Source: Cetorhinus maximus
Taxonomy: Eukaryota
Length of the DNA stretch: 64,000 nt
Direction of reading: 5' to 3'
Assembly: GCF_964194155.1 (NCBI RefSeq)
Contig: NC_135888.1
Location: forward strand, 35,712,001 to 35,776,000
Shown: positions 38,798-51,589 of the stretch, piece by piece
How the letters are laid out: each line of letters begins with the position of its first letter
How positions within the stretch are numbered: position 1 is the first letter of the stretch
Notes under the pieces: generated by a model
Database searches by the model: none
The model's input: the letters and a program-made list of their open reading frames with translations, nothing else
Told to the model about the DNA's origin: nothing
Position numbers and translations under genes: made by a program

Positions 38798-40802
38798 GGA
38801 GTTTTCCCAGGTCCAATGGGAATTCTACCCCTTAACCCTCTGTATTTCCTGGAGTAGATTCTGTTGTTAGCCTACAAAACATCTAACGGTGAAATTTGCT
38901 GAACTAAATTTGATCAACATGTTTGCCAAAGTATCCTGCGAGGATGTGAGATTTCTTTATCAATCTTCATTTTCAGCCCATTAAGTGACCTAGGGCTTCT
39001 TCTCTTGGACCAATCAGGAGCCACTCGGTGTCTCCATCAGCACAGTACAATAGGCACAGTGATTGCGGTGGTAATTTGTCCCACTATTTCTAATGACCCT
39101 GCCCCCACTCATTTTGGCACGGCCTTTCACATTGCTGAGGTTACACCTAATGTAATGGGAGGGGTTTATATCTTTCCGCATCTCATACAGTACAATGTAA
39201 GTCCTAGCCACATCACTGACTACATTAAGTATGCCACTGGATGTCAACTCGGAATTGAGTGCTGCAGGTCCAGTCTGCCTCGTTGGTACTGACTAGAGTG
39301 GGCTTAGAAACCTGTACCTTCTGTTTCAGTCAGGAATCCCACCACTAAACTCCTGACTTGCTCCTCTATTTCCAATAAATCCATCTCTAATGAAATCTGC
39401 AAAGGAGCATTTCCAAGAGTTAATATGGTATGCAGGAATTTAATATTCTAAAATTTATGTTCATTCCTTGTCAAATTATCTCATCTAAGTGCCAACCCAA
39501 AGGGCTAAAAGACGAGAGAAATTAAATCATAGCATTTCCCTCACTTTAACAAAAAAGCCATGTATTCATAGGTATAACTTTTCACAAGTTTCCCTTAGGC
39601 TTTGCTCTACCGTATACAAGCCTCAAAGTTCTTCTGTAAAATTAAAATGTAACCCATCTTGGATTCAAAACCTGTTTGGCAAGTTTCAATACCAGCACAA
39701 TCACCACAATCTCGTGCAAGACCAATAAAAACGTTAAAAAGAATGTTTATTCTATTACCCAACCAAAATGTTGCAGCTCTCTTTGAATTGTTCTGCCAAA
39801 GGCCATTAGGCCAATCAGTTTAATGCTTCATTATTTGGATGACCTTCAACTGAACTGGCAAATCATCTCTTAGAAATGATGATAATCACTGTCCATAACT
39901 GAAGTTTTGCCATTTGGAAGATAAGCTGAAGAAAGCCCACACTTTTTTTTCCCTCTTCCTTCGGGACGAATACTAATATAAGCCTCAATATGTTCGAGGT
40001 AAGCTGGTGCACAGACTGATTAAATTGATATGCATCCCCGATGCACAAAGTCCTTCTTCCAAAGTGTGTGTGGAATAGTTATTACCGTGCTAAACTGCCT
40101 GCAAGGCTTTGTGTAGGAAGCCTTGATCTAAGTGTATATCTTCAAGAATCATAATACTGATTTAGGCTGAGGTTATACTGCAGTATTATCTGAAACTGGT
40201 AGCTATGAATTAAGAAATACAGGCCTAAGTTGCACTCTGCTCACAGGTTATAAAGTCATCACATACTTGCTCACATCAGGGCAAGGATCTTTTACCACAG
40301 AAACCCTGGCCAGAATTTTACCTTTGGCGTGCGGGCACGTGCCCGACATGCCAGAATGTAAAATGACGCATGATGACGCCGGGCATGCGTCCCGACGTCA
40401 CCGCGCACCGTTGCGATATTTCACTAGGCGGGCGCATGATGAAAATGGGGGAGCGCCCGCCATTAATTAACGGGCCAGTTAAGGCCCTCGAGGCACCAAT
40501 TGTCTGTGATTTTACACAGCCTATGTGATTTTCAGGGCATCACATGGGCGCAACGGGCAGGCGGGTAAGTCACATTTTCAAAAACTTCATCTACAGGCGG
40601 GATAAGAGGGGTGAGTGGGCTCGCTAATGTGAGTCATTTGTACTTTAGCTTATAAATTGCTGCTGCTTGCTTGTGCGAACAGGACAACTTCACTTTGCTT
40701 CAGAGCTGCTTTGATGGAAATAAGAGGCTTCAGTTCAGGACTCTGGAGGAGTCATACCACTTGGGGCCTTCCAGGTACCAGACAGCCTCCCTCACCCTGG
40801 GA

Positions 40803-42014
40803 ATGGGGATTGTGGTGTCCGCTGGAGGCACCTCCTCTGAGGAGGAAGAGAGGGCCAGAAGGGGGAGGAGTGCTGGAGTCCCTTTTCAGTATCCAGGGGA
40901 GCCACCTGTATGAGGAGAGACAGCAGGAAGTCCAAGGCGGAAGTGGCCGCAGAAGATGCCATTATCCTGCTGCCAGGGTTTAGGGGCGGCGATGCAGCTA
41001 CCTCAATATATCTGAGGTGCAATGACGAAGGAGGCTCGGCATCTCATGGGAAGACAGTGACTTCCATTTGTCAGATGATCGGCACTGAGATCAGCTCCGA
41101 CTGTGTGGGTGGACACCCCATGCCAGTGATGCGGAAGGTCACAGTGGCCCTCAACTTCTATGCCTCCGGCTCTTTCCAGGGGTTGGTGGGTGATATTTGT
41201 GGACCCTTCCAATCAGCTGTCCACAGTTGTGTCAAGCTGGTGACAGACGCTTTGTTCAAGCGAGTAATGACTTTCATTCACGACCGTGAGGATGAGGCCA
41301 GCCAGGCAGAGTGAGCCAGAGGCTTTGCAGAAATTGCTGGGTTCCCCCACATCCAGGGTGCAATCGACTGCACACATGTGGCCATCAAGGTGCCAGCGGG
41401 TGAGCCGGGTACCTTTGTCAACAGGAAGGGATTCCACTCCATGAACGTGCAGATAGTGTGTGACCTTAGGATGCAGATTCTGCAAGTCTGTGCAAGGTAC
41501 CCAGGCAGCTCCCATGATGCTTACATCCTGAGACACTCCCAGGTGCCAGGGCTCTTCAGTGCTCCAGCCCGGCTGGATGGATGGCTGCTGGGTGACAGGG
41601 GCTCTCCCCTCAGAAGGTGGCTCATGATGCCTCTCCGCCATCCAAGAACAGAGACCGTGCAACGGTACAATAGGAGCTATGCCTCCACAAGGGCGTTGGT
41701 AGAGAGAGCCATAGGCCTTCTCAAGCTGCGCTTCCGATGCCTGGAACATTCAGGGGGCGCACTCCAGTACCCCCCAGATCGTGTGTCACTGATAGTGGTT
41801 GCATGCAGCGCTCTCCACAATCTGGCGCTAGAAAGGGGGGACGCAGTGAAGGAAGAAGATGTTAATGCAGCTGCTCTGGCAGCAGACGGTGAGTCCAGCA
41901 GTGAGTCTGAGGACGAGCCGGTCAGGAGAACACTGAGGGGATAGACACTGACCTGGGTAACCTCCAGGGAGGCAGAGACACCCGGGAGGTTTTGATCCAA
42001 TGCTCCTTCAGCTA
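40803..42014 (+). pseudogene. Harbinger (HARBI1-like) DDE transposase, frameshifted, with premature TGA at 41312
   Basis: KVTVALNFYASGSFQ, GAIDCTHVAI, FVNRKGFHSMNVQIVCD, PGSSHDAYIL, WLLGDRG, TRALVERAIGLLKLRFRCL, ALHN. Confidence 0.95.
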
Positions 42015-42349
42015 GCCTACCAAATAAGAACCACCACCACATGCCAGGCTGCAGGCTCCATACCCGATACCTGATAGGAAAATTTGCTTTGTGAATAACG
42101 TGCACTATGTGCCATTTCAATAAAGTTCAATGACAAACAAGTCACTTATAACATCATGGGTTACTCTTCACCTGCAGAATTAATGAAGCACCAAGAGGCT
42201 TGTTGAACAGAAACACATTTAATGCTGTGGTGCCTGGCATACATAATACAAATTCAATTGAAAGGTGTTATCCATCACACCAAAAAATATTTAACATAAA
42301 ACTGGGGGAAAGAATATCACCAGTGATAAGCCCGTATTGTGCTTAAGGT

Positions 42350-44203
42350 GCTTTAAGATTTTGCTTGTGTGTGCTACGTCTAGGTGCTCCCCCCTCGCTG
42401 GCACTGGCATTGGAGGCAGCCTGCTCACTCTGCTGTCCTGTCGGCCTTGATCACCTTGGTGGGCGTCCTCTGGCCCATGGAACCTGTGGTGGCTCTGCCT
42501 GGGATGGAGCTGCTAGTGCCATGGCTGGCATCTCCCCAGTTGCCACAGCCTCATCGGATGCCACGGTCATTGGCAGAGGGGTGTAGGATCTACTGCCATC
42601 ATCCAGAGCGCCCTCAGAGGAGCCCGCAGAGATGACAGGCTGTTTGTGCACCAATATGAGGTCACTTTGGACCTTCTTGCTTACCATTGTTGAGATACTG
42701 GGTGCCCAATTCATCTCCCACACTGACAGTGACCACCTGAGGTCATTGCCGATGTGAGGGCTTGCAGGTCCGAGCACATCTCCAGGAACCCCTGATTCAG
42801 CTCCTGGAGGAACCTCTCCATGAGAGTCACCAGTCTATCAATGAAGGAGGCAGTGCACTTGGCCATGAGAGTCATTGCATTACTCATGCTCCGCATGGAC
42901 TCCTCCACAATGGAGACCATGGCATACATTCCCTCATGTATCTCTGCCAGATCCTCCCACTCACCCCGCTGGACTTCCAGCATCTGCTGCCTCAGGGACA
43001 ACTCCAGAGGCCCATCATCAGCCACCAACTCAGCATGTTCCTGATCCCCAGTAGTCCTCCGACTGCCGGTGCCCTGCGCACTCTCTGCCTCTGCCTGCAC
43101 CTCAAGCGAGTGTGAAGTGCAGTCACCACTTTGCACTGAGATACTATCCGCCGATCTAATGCTCACCGCGGTGCTGATATCTGTCCTGGTGCCTGCCTGG
43201 CTGAGAGGGTGTGACGCTGGTGCGTTTCCATGCTTGCTGCCCTCTGGGGTCAGTGGCAGGCCTTCAGGCTCCTCAATCTGATGGGCTGCTGGTGAGCCTG
43301 AAAGGAAGAAGAAGGACATGTCATTAGTTGAAGTCATTACACTGTTACTGTGCATGCCTGGCACTCGGATCAGGGTGCCCTCGTCTTCTCATTATCGACG
43401 GGGATCCAACTTTCGAGGTTCACATCAATATAGAAAACAGTGGAATGGTTTCTCTTACAGACATTCTGACCTCAGTGCACTGCACTCTTGCCTCCCTGTG
43501 GCACCCCAACCTCACCGCGGCTGGTTGACCTAGACACATGGCGCCTCTCCAGCTCCAGGGCCTCTTGCTCATATTGAGTTAGGATGAATAGGAGGGGCGG
43601 TCCTCCACCAGTCCGCAACCTCTTGGCATGTTGTGGGATGTCTTCTCCTGAAAGGAGAGAGGAGCATTGATTAGTCCATCCTGTAGCTGCATTGCCATTG
43701 CAGCCTGGCCATCCCCAACTGAGGAATACCTCACAGGGCTCAGCCGATTCGTGACTCTGGAGCCGCAAGACACTCGGTCCAAGCAACCAGGGCTCAACCC
43801 CTTGCCCAGATGCTGCCTCATTGACATTTGCCACTCACACTCTTAAGAATTCTGAGGTCTGGGAGTGGTGGGGGGGGGCCGTTCCTAACTGCTGTGCTAA
43901 GTGACCCATGCCAACACGGTACTCACCCTCTCTGATTGTAGGGGATCATTGAAGCACTTACGGCACTGCACCCATGTGCGCCTCACCATATCAGGGGAGC
44001 TCACCCTGGATGCTACCTCTTCCCAGGCATTTTTGGTGAGATGGGGTGGGGGTCCTCCTTCACCTGTCCCTGGGGACAAGGATCTCTCTCCGTGCTGCCA
44101 CCTCCGCCAGGAGGGCAGCGAGACACTCATCAGAAAAACGCGGTGCCGACTGCCCCGCCGACCTGCCCTCTCGCCTGCCGTGTCCACCAGTAATGAGCTC
44201 CAT
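42350..44203 (-). pseudogene. Harbinger Myb/SANT protein gene, 3 exons (about 44203-43927, 43647 to about 43491, 43297 to about 42350), disrupted
   Basis: APRFSDE..., NAWEEVASRVSS..RRTWVQCRKCFND; gtgagt donor; ctttcag acceptors at the same positions as in the 21397-24327 copy. Confidence 0.85.
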
Positions 44204-44569
44204 CACGAGGTGCTTGTGCTTCACTGGTAGCCTTCACATGGCTGCTGCGGCCGCTTTTGAATCAGCCGCCGGGTCGCCATTGGACCCGGCGGACATTGAG
44301 CTGCCGCCCCACCCGCCTGCCCCTTCTCGCTGTTGCCACTGTTATGCCTTAATTGTCCGGCCAGCGTAAAATGGCAGAGCGGAGCCGATCGCGGGCAGCG
44401 GTCAGCTTCCCGACCGCCCCCACCCGCTCCCGCCAAGCCCGCATGCCAACCGTTAAATTCTGGCCTCTGTTTCAATACTAGGAGGGTAAGGATGTTAACA
44501 TCCCCCCTTTTTCATCACATTGAAAAGATTTTAAAAAAGAATTTATATAGTGCCTTTACTGTAAAGAAC

Positions 44570-45190
44570 AAAAGCCCAACCTGCCTAGTCCCCTGCAAAA
44601 TTCCCCTCACTAACATCTGGGGAGTTGTGCAGTACTAGGTGAGCTGTTCCGCAGACTAATCAAGTAACTAACTGGCATAGTCACACTCACAGAATTATAC
44701 CCTTTAGCCAACATCCCAGACTCCTCCTTGGATAAGTCCTGTCCCACCAGCATGGCAAACTCAGAGGTGGCAGCACAAGAGGCATACAGTTGGAATGGAG
44801 TGGTTCTGGGTGTCTGTAGTGTATTGACAATTGCATTGTGCATTTTGTCCACTTAAAACTACCATATACACATGTACCATAAGAGGGCATCGAAGAGAAT
44901 AAATGATTCCTTGTTTGAACAGCATTTCTAGCAGTTCTGCTTCTTCCTGAATCCTACTGTCTCTTTCTAAGAATTTTAGAGTATCCTCAACATTGACTCC
45001 AGACCACATAAAATCTCATGGCATCAGGTCAAATATGGGCAAGGAAATGCCTGCTAATTAACACCTATCATTCTCCCTCAGCTGATGATCAGTACTTCTT
45101 CACATCAAACGCCACTTGGAAGAACAGAGGGTAGCAATGGCACAGAATGCACTCTGGGTGGGGTACCCCAATACCAAGAAACTGGAAAAT
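44570..45190 (+). mobile_element. Decayed Zenon-like LINE endonuclease fragment (interrupted at about 44800-44975)
   Basis: ctcactaacatctgggg..., catagtcacactcacagaat, tcctcaacattgactcc...tcatggcatcaggtcaaatatgggcaaggaaa, ccctcagctgatga match the reverse complement of 3030-3420. Confidence 0.7.
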
Positions 45191-45279
45191 TCCCCTCCAA
45201 CGCCATCAAACAATCAAAAGCAGTTCAATAGTTTATTTAGAACAAATGTTATCTGTAAGACAACATGCTTTCTATATGA

Positions 45280-45515
45280 AACAAAAACAGAATTACCTAG
45301 AAAAACTCAGCAGGTCTGGCAGCATCGGCGGGGAAGAAAATAGTTGACGTTTCGAGTCCTCATGACCCTTCAACAGAAGGTTCTGTTGAAGGGCCATGAG
45401 GACTCGAAACGTCAACTCTTTTCTTCTTCGCCGATGCTGCCAGAACTGCTGAGTTTTTCCAGGTAATTCTGTTTTTGTTTTGGATTTCCAGCATCCGCAG
45501 TAATTTTTTGTTTTT
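45280..45515. mobile_element. Palindromic (fold-back) Penelope pLTR element with 15-bp TSD
   Basis: About 100-bp inverted arms 45279-45378 and 45381-45480, 2-nt spacer; TSD atgctttctatatga/atgccttctatatga (45265-45279, 45516-45530). Confidence 0.9.
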
Positions 45516-47429
45516 ATGCCTTCTATATGATGTGATCTTGTACTTAAACAAAGAGATGGTTTTTGTGGCACCTTTTGCCTGCTCAGAGCTCCATTTCCCT
45601 GCAGGTAAATTAGTAACTATTTGAAAATATGGGCAGGAGCTGTCATTTTCTTAACATTGAAATGATATGTGACAATGACATTCATTGAAACATTAACTGT
45701 GCATTTCCAAAGTCTAATTTCTTAAGTGTGCAGGAGATTCAATTGACTGAGTGAGGACATTTTACACATGGCTTCACTGCAGCTTGGAGTTGTACAAGCT
45801 GAACTGATCACAACTAGCCTCCTGCAAGAGGTCTCACATCATTGACGTTTCCAGTGTAGGAGGCCATTCAGCCCATTTTACCTGTGCCAACTCTTCACAA
45901 GAGCGATTGAAAATCCCTGCTCTTTCCCCTGGAGCCATGCATCAGCCTCTGCCTCCAAGGGAAGTACAGATAAGGATATGAGCTCTGCCTCAGCCACTAC
46001 AGCAGGGTGAAGTCCCTTTGACAGAATGGTGAAGCCCAGGGTACCCATGGTGTTAGGCTTCTGGCCTCATTTCAGGTAGCTGGCAACATGCAAAGATCTC
46101 TTTAGCAAAGAACGAACAAAGTTCATGCAGCAGCCCTCAATGTAAGTGAGTCCTAGATGGGTGAGATCAGTAGCCAGGGGAAGAGATTGGAGGCCAGAGG
46201 TTGTAAGAAGTGGAAGCCAGGGGTGCGGGACAGGAGGGAAGAGAGAGAGACAGTGCGGAGGTTAGAGGGATCAAGGAACAAATGACCAGGTAAAGTTAGG
46301 TGGGTTGCAGTCAGTCAGAGGCCTGGTGGCAAACATTGGAGATCAAGCCAGGGAGAAGCAAAGACAATGGGTCGGGGAGCAGTTGAGGCCTGTGTTCTTC
46401 TCCTCCCAGCTCCACATTCAGGCAAGTATATTTCATAACCTTACTTTGTTAATAGCAGGAACTCCCAGGGCAATTTAATTTTGCAATTAGAGCCTCAAAC
46501 AAAAGGTATGATGACAGTTCCAGGCATGGGCAGTACACAATGATTTATTTTTTGCCCTTTCCCAATATGGTGGACAGCATTTTTGGCCAAAAATTTGTGT
46601 GCTTCCTACCTGCTTAATAGGCCAGAAAGCACCTGAGAAACTTACGCAGTGCGGCCAAACTTCAGGGCCCCATATCACTTAAATAAATGCCCAATAGAGT
46701 TAAATCAAAATGTATTTTAACAGAAAGACTATTTATCTTTGTCCTATCAGTCATAGCTTTTATGCCCACAATCTGAATGGTTCCATATTTTCCTTTGTGC
46801 TCACTAGGCCTCATTTCCTCGTGATCTGAATGTATGCACACAGTGCTGCTTGCTTTTAATTGTGTACCAACTTCATCACAAAAACAAATCACAAGGCAGA
46901 GTTGTCAATGCTGGGGAAATCAAGAATCAGATTTCTGACTGTATAGACCATTAATTGAAATCTGATTTCCAGCACCCACGGTGTTTAGCTTTTTAATGAA
47001 TGGAGCTGCAACTACTTTTCAAGTTTGATGCATTAATCACTCTCAATCTGATTTTCTGTTCACCCGAAATCTGCCAAACCAGTGAAGAAAGGCAGAAGGA
47101 ATTTCAGGCACAAAATTATATTCAGCACAAATTGAGTTTCTGTAATCTTTTGTGCTGAATTAAAACACATTGTGCAGGAAGCTGACCCCGTCTACAAAAT
47201 TGGCCACACCCCACACCGAATTAATCAGCAAGGTGATTTTCGGCCGTTCTCACCCATTTTGCGTCACTCGAGGAGTCTCAAAATTAAACTTTCATTTTTA
47301 GGCCCAAAGATACTGGAAGATACCTTTTAAATAAGATATAAATACTTAATTTACTGAGAAACTAACTAGTGTGCACCAATGACACTAAAAAAATCTATGC
47401 AAAAACAATGACTAAAGTCATTGTTTTTG

Positions 47430-50310
47430 TTTTCAGCATAGCCTTAGTGGGACTGTTGGCTTCATCTTACTTCTTCTCTACATTTCTTCAAGCCTCCCTC
47501 AGTCCACATCTCACTGTTATCCACTCATCCAATTTTTCTTCTTCCTCTTCTGTTTATTCCTCCTCAATTTCTCCTTCAATCCTTTCCAGACAAGACTGTT
47601 TCCAATATCCATGCTTGGCTATCTTTTTCTCTCTAACTGTACTTGGAAACTCTGTTAATTCTTGATCTTCTACATCTGATCTAAACAACTCATTTGTCCT
47701 TCTGTCCTAGCAGCTGATTGAGCATCCTCCACCATACCCACATTTTAAAGCTGTTATCTTCCTCGCATCCTCTTTCTTCAGAGTCCAACTTTTGCACACA
47801 GAGTGCAACACTCCACACTAATGACTGTACTAGGCATTTTTTCAGCTTCGTTCCAATGCTTTTGCACTTCTGGATGCTATTTAAGTCACTGGTCATGCCT
47901 CTCACCACAGTGAATCCACCCTGGATTTTATTCTTGTGCGTAACTTTGGTGTTTATCATCGAGCCAAGGTACTTGAAATTGTCCATGGCCTCTAACTTGA
48001 TTCTTCTAATCTTGATATTTCCATTACCATTTAGAGCCAGAGTCTTTTGCCTCATTTATTTTCAATCCAAAAAAACACTCACTGTCTTAAGGCACTTATG
48101 TTGACAAGGCCTAACATAGGGTGAAATCATCCCAGGTTTGCACTAAGTGTGGTAGTAGGCGGGAAAAATTATGTTTCTCCTGCCAGCCGTACTGGTGGCT
48201 TTTCACACCATATTGTCCCTATCCTGCCTCATTAATCATGCATTCCCAGGAAACACGCCATTTTGAAGGTGGGTGGGCTCTCATTCACCTGCCACTCCAT
48301 TACCTGGCTGCTGCATCACACGGGGTGCCATATTTAAAGTGCAGCCATGCGCACACCTCTCAGTACTTCCAGCCCAGGACTGCTGCATAGAAGATATGGC
48401 CCCGAAAGGCAAGAAGATTGCAGCCCCCCGATTCAGTGATGCATCCCTGGAGTGCCTTTCGGATGCTGTGGAGGCCCACTATGGTGCCTTCTGCCCCCAC
48501 TCTGGCTGCAGGAGGGGCAGCAATATCACTAATCCAGCATGGGAGATGGTGGCAATGGTGGTCAGCGCCAGTGCCCTGTGAAAGGACAGCCACTCAGCCC
48601 TGCAACAGAATGAATGGTCTCAGCAATTATGCCAGGGTAAGTCACTCTTTTCATCACTCTCAACTCACACACTCACAAACCCATCACACATCCACAGGGA
48701 TCTCACACCTCAATGGACAACGCCACTGACTCTCACACACACACTCTCACACCTCCATCAGGCTCATATCCTCTGGAGCTCATGTCCTCATCCTGTCCAT
48801 GTTTCCACTCACCATACAAACATTCCGCACAGTGCCATGTGTCCTGCTAACACTCTCTCCACCTGTTTTCATGCAGGAGAAGCTGGCTCATAGCAGCAGG
48901 GAGAGGTCCCAGACTGGAGTTCCACATTAGGTTCCTCACTCACTCTGAGGAGCATGCCATCACACTGACTGCTGAGGATGTGGGCCATGCTTGTGGTGAC
49001 GGTGAGGTTGGTAGCGAACACCCTCATGATCATCTGTCTCACATCACAAAAGTCTGTCTTGTGATCTGTCTCCTGCTTTTGACTCTTCTGGGATGCACTA
49101 ATTATCTCTACTTTGGTTCACAGGGAGCTCTGCTAAGCGACCGACACCCTCAGACAGCCAGTCCCTCAGCTCCATCCACACCCTCACCTACAGCCAAGAG
49201 GGCTCCTCCTCCATTCCCTTGTACCATGCCTGCTCTTAGTTTGCCTCCCAGGAGGGGGTCATGGACTCATCAGAGCCCTCCATTGAACGTTCACCTCCCC
49301 CATGGGAACCGGCTCCCCCCAAACACTCACTTAATCTTTCCCCCTTCCTGAATCCTTCCTCCCCCTGGATTCCTTCCCTTACACCTACCTCCCCAGTTGC
49401 CGTCTTCTTCCCTGTAGTTACTTGCACACCTGCCACACCACCCCCCTCCCGACTTCACCCCCACATCCCAACCTCACCTCCCCGACACCTCTGTTCACCT
49501 TCTCCAACACCTCTGTTCACCCCTTCCCAACCACAACCCACCCCCTGTAACACCTCTTCTTCTCCCAGTCGATCCTAGACCTTCCACTCCTACCCCCCAG
49601 TACATCTTCCACTCCATCACCTCGATGATTATCAGTTGTGAGCAGCCCCTTAATGGTGATTTTCCACCTTCAGTGAGCTGCTTCACAGCGAAGCCACATC
49701 CATGAGAAGCCACCCAGCATACCATGGACATTCCTCCAGGGTCCCATTGTTGTCAGGCTCCAGCATCTTCTGCTCCTCGGATGTCCGCGATGTGAGCAAA
49801 GCCCTGGCGGTAAGTCCCAACTTCTGCAAGCCACGCTTGTCAAGACATGTTCTACACCGGTGTTTTTTCCCGCCAATGTGGGCAGAGAATCCAGCATGAG
49901 GGGATGATTCTGGTGGGCTGGCCTTATAATGATATGCAGATGTATTACAATGAAGCCCCCAACGTCCGATGGTGGGAAACGCAGCCTGCCATTGACAGGC
50001 AGAGCGGCCGATTGCAAACCGATTTCATGGCTTTGTGAAACCGAATTTTGGCCTTCTCGCCACATTGTCTGCTCACACCGCCAAGCACGCCCGATGCCAA
50101 TGGGCACAGAAAATTCTGCCCATAGTCTCTAGCTCTTACTTTGTTCTGGCTATGAGTGTGGTGTCATCTGCAAACCTGAGATTCCGTACGCTATGATCTC
50201 CTACGATGCAGCCACATCTCTCCTGCACCATCCTCATTATCTTTTCTCCCACAGCACTAAACAGCATTGGTGACAGAAGTCAAACCTGCCTGACTCACTT
50301 CTCAAACTTT
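47430..50310 (-). mobile_element. RTE-clade LINE 3' fragment split by a Harbinger insertion (pieces about 47430-48118 and 50122-50310)
   Basis: LLSPMLF...NLRFADDTTLIA (50140-50280); FKYLGSMI...LVQSLVWSVAL...FKMWVWWRML (47690-48055). Confidence 0.8.
48119..50121 (+). mobile_element. Non-autonomous Harbinger-type element (2003 bp) with a Myb/SANT gene remnant and no transposase
   Basis: Ends gggtgaaatcat and gaaaattctgccc; TSD ATA (48116-48118, 50122-50124); MAPKGKKIAAPRFSDASLE...PAWE (ATG 48396), donor 48637, acceptors before 48877 and 49124. Confidence 0.85.
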
Positions 50311-51589
50311 TACGTCATTTACGCTTGTTTAAAATTGAGTTACTTACAGGTATAGCGCTAAACTCATTAAAAATGCTTATTATTTGTGATAATCCTATTT
50401 TCAGCCATATTAATTAAACAGCATTGGGTTACCACTCAAATACATCAACCAAATTTTTTTTTAATTCAAAGAGAAAATCAAGCAGTCACTTTCTAAAATG
50501 CTGCTTGACTGTGCTGGTTTGTACTTGCGATTCTGTAAACTAATTTGTGTGGAAACTTAAACCACAACTTCACGTTGGAAAAGTAGCACAATGAGTGAAA
50601 TTTTGCAGCCCATAATATGCTGTAGCAAGGCAATGAACATGACCTCGACCGTTTAATCTCAAACAGCCCATATCGGTAGGGTGTTGACTTCCATTCTTTA
50701 TTGCCTAAGTGGAAAACATTTGGGGTGCATCAACAGCAATCTATCAGGAATGAGGGGTGACAGCATAAATTAGTTAGAAATCCCTCCCATTCACCCCCAA
50801 GGATAGGGGGAGTAGAAATGTCATGTTGGTAAATGAGGAAAGCTCTACTGTAGAGTGCTGTAGCCATACCATTTGGGACAAGGAGATTTGGTCTTTGTCT
50901 AACACATACTGCACTGAACTGGGACAGAAAATTTCCATCTGCAGTTTTCATTTCCCTCGCGTTGATGACAAGGGTAACTCACACCCTTGTTAACTTTCTT
51001 GGGATGTTTACATCTCTTGCACTTCATATATAACAATCCTTTATTATCCATACATCGCCTTCATCTTCATGATTGTCTCTCTATGTCTCTCTACAATGTC
51101 AGTCTTACCTGACCACGCTGCTTTGTGTTTAGCAGTTAAACAAAATCACTTTCTGACTTCTATGCAGGTCCTTGTAAGCTGATTCAGACAAGATTTACTG
51201 CCATATTCATTGAATCTTGTGCAAGTACGCGATTGTTCCAGTCCCCCTCCCATCCTCGTGTTTAACAAGATTCATAATATTTGTCTAATATTGTTAATAT
51301 GGTTTCCCTATCCCAGTGTGTGAAATGAGATTATATGACTCCTTTAACCAATTCAGGACATTCCCAAAATGCTTTACAGCCAATCAAGCACCTTTGACAT
51401 ATGGCCACTGTTATAATGTTAGAATGCTGCCATGTGAAATGAAATTTTCTACATCTTTGCCCTATTATTGCTGAAACTTTTGCACATTTGAAAGCTGAAT
51501 GAACACAATGATCTCAATTTTACTACTCTAGTGTCTAATTTTGAACTACAGAAGTGTCTTATTACAGATGCACAGAATTGGCTCCATCC

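Larger units (their letters stand above)
40308..44465. mobile_element. Full-length PIF/Harbinger DNA transposon (4158 bp), convergent transposase and Myb/SANT genes, inactivated
   Basis: 29-bp imperfect TIRs ggccagaattttacctttggcgtgcgggc and (reverse complement) ggccagaatttaacggttggcatgcgggc; flanks cct/tct; both genes recognisable. Confidence 0.95.

Noticed and set aside
40803-42014. Host HARBI1 gene
   Set aside because: Frameshifts and a stop, enclosed by TIRs with a partner Myb gene; it is a transposon copy.
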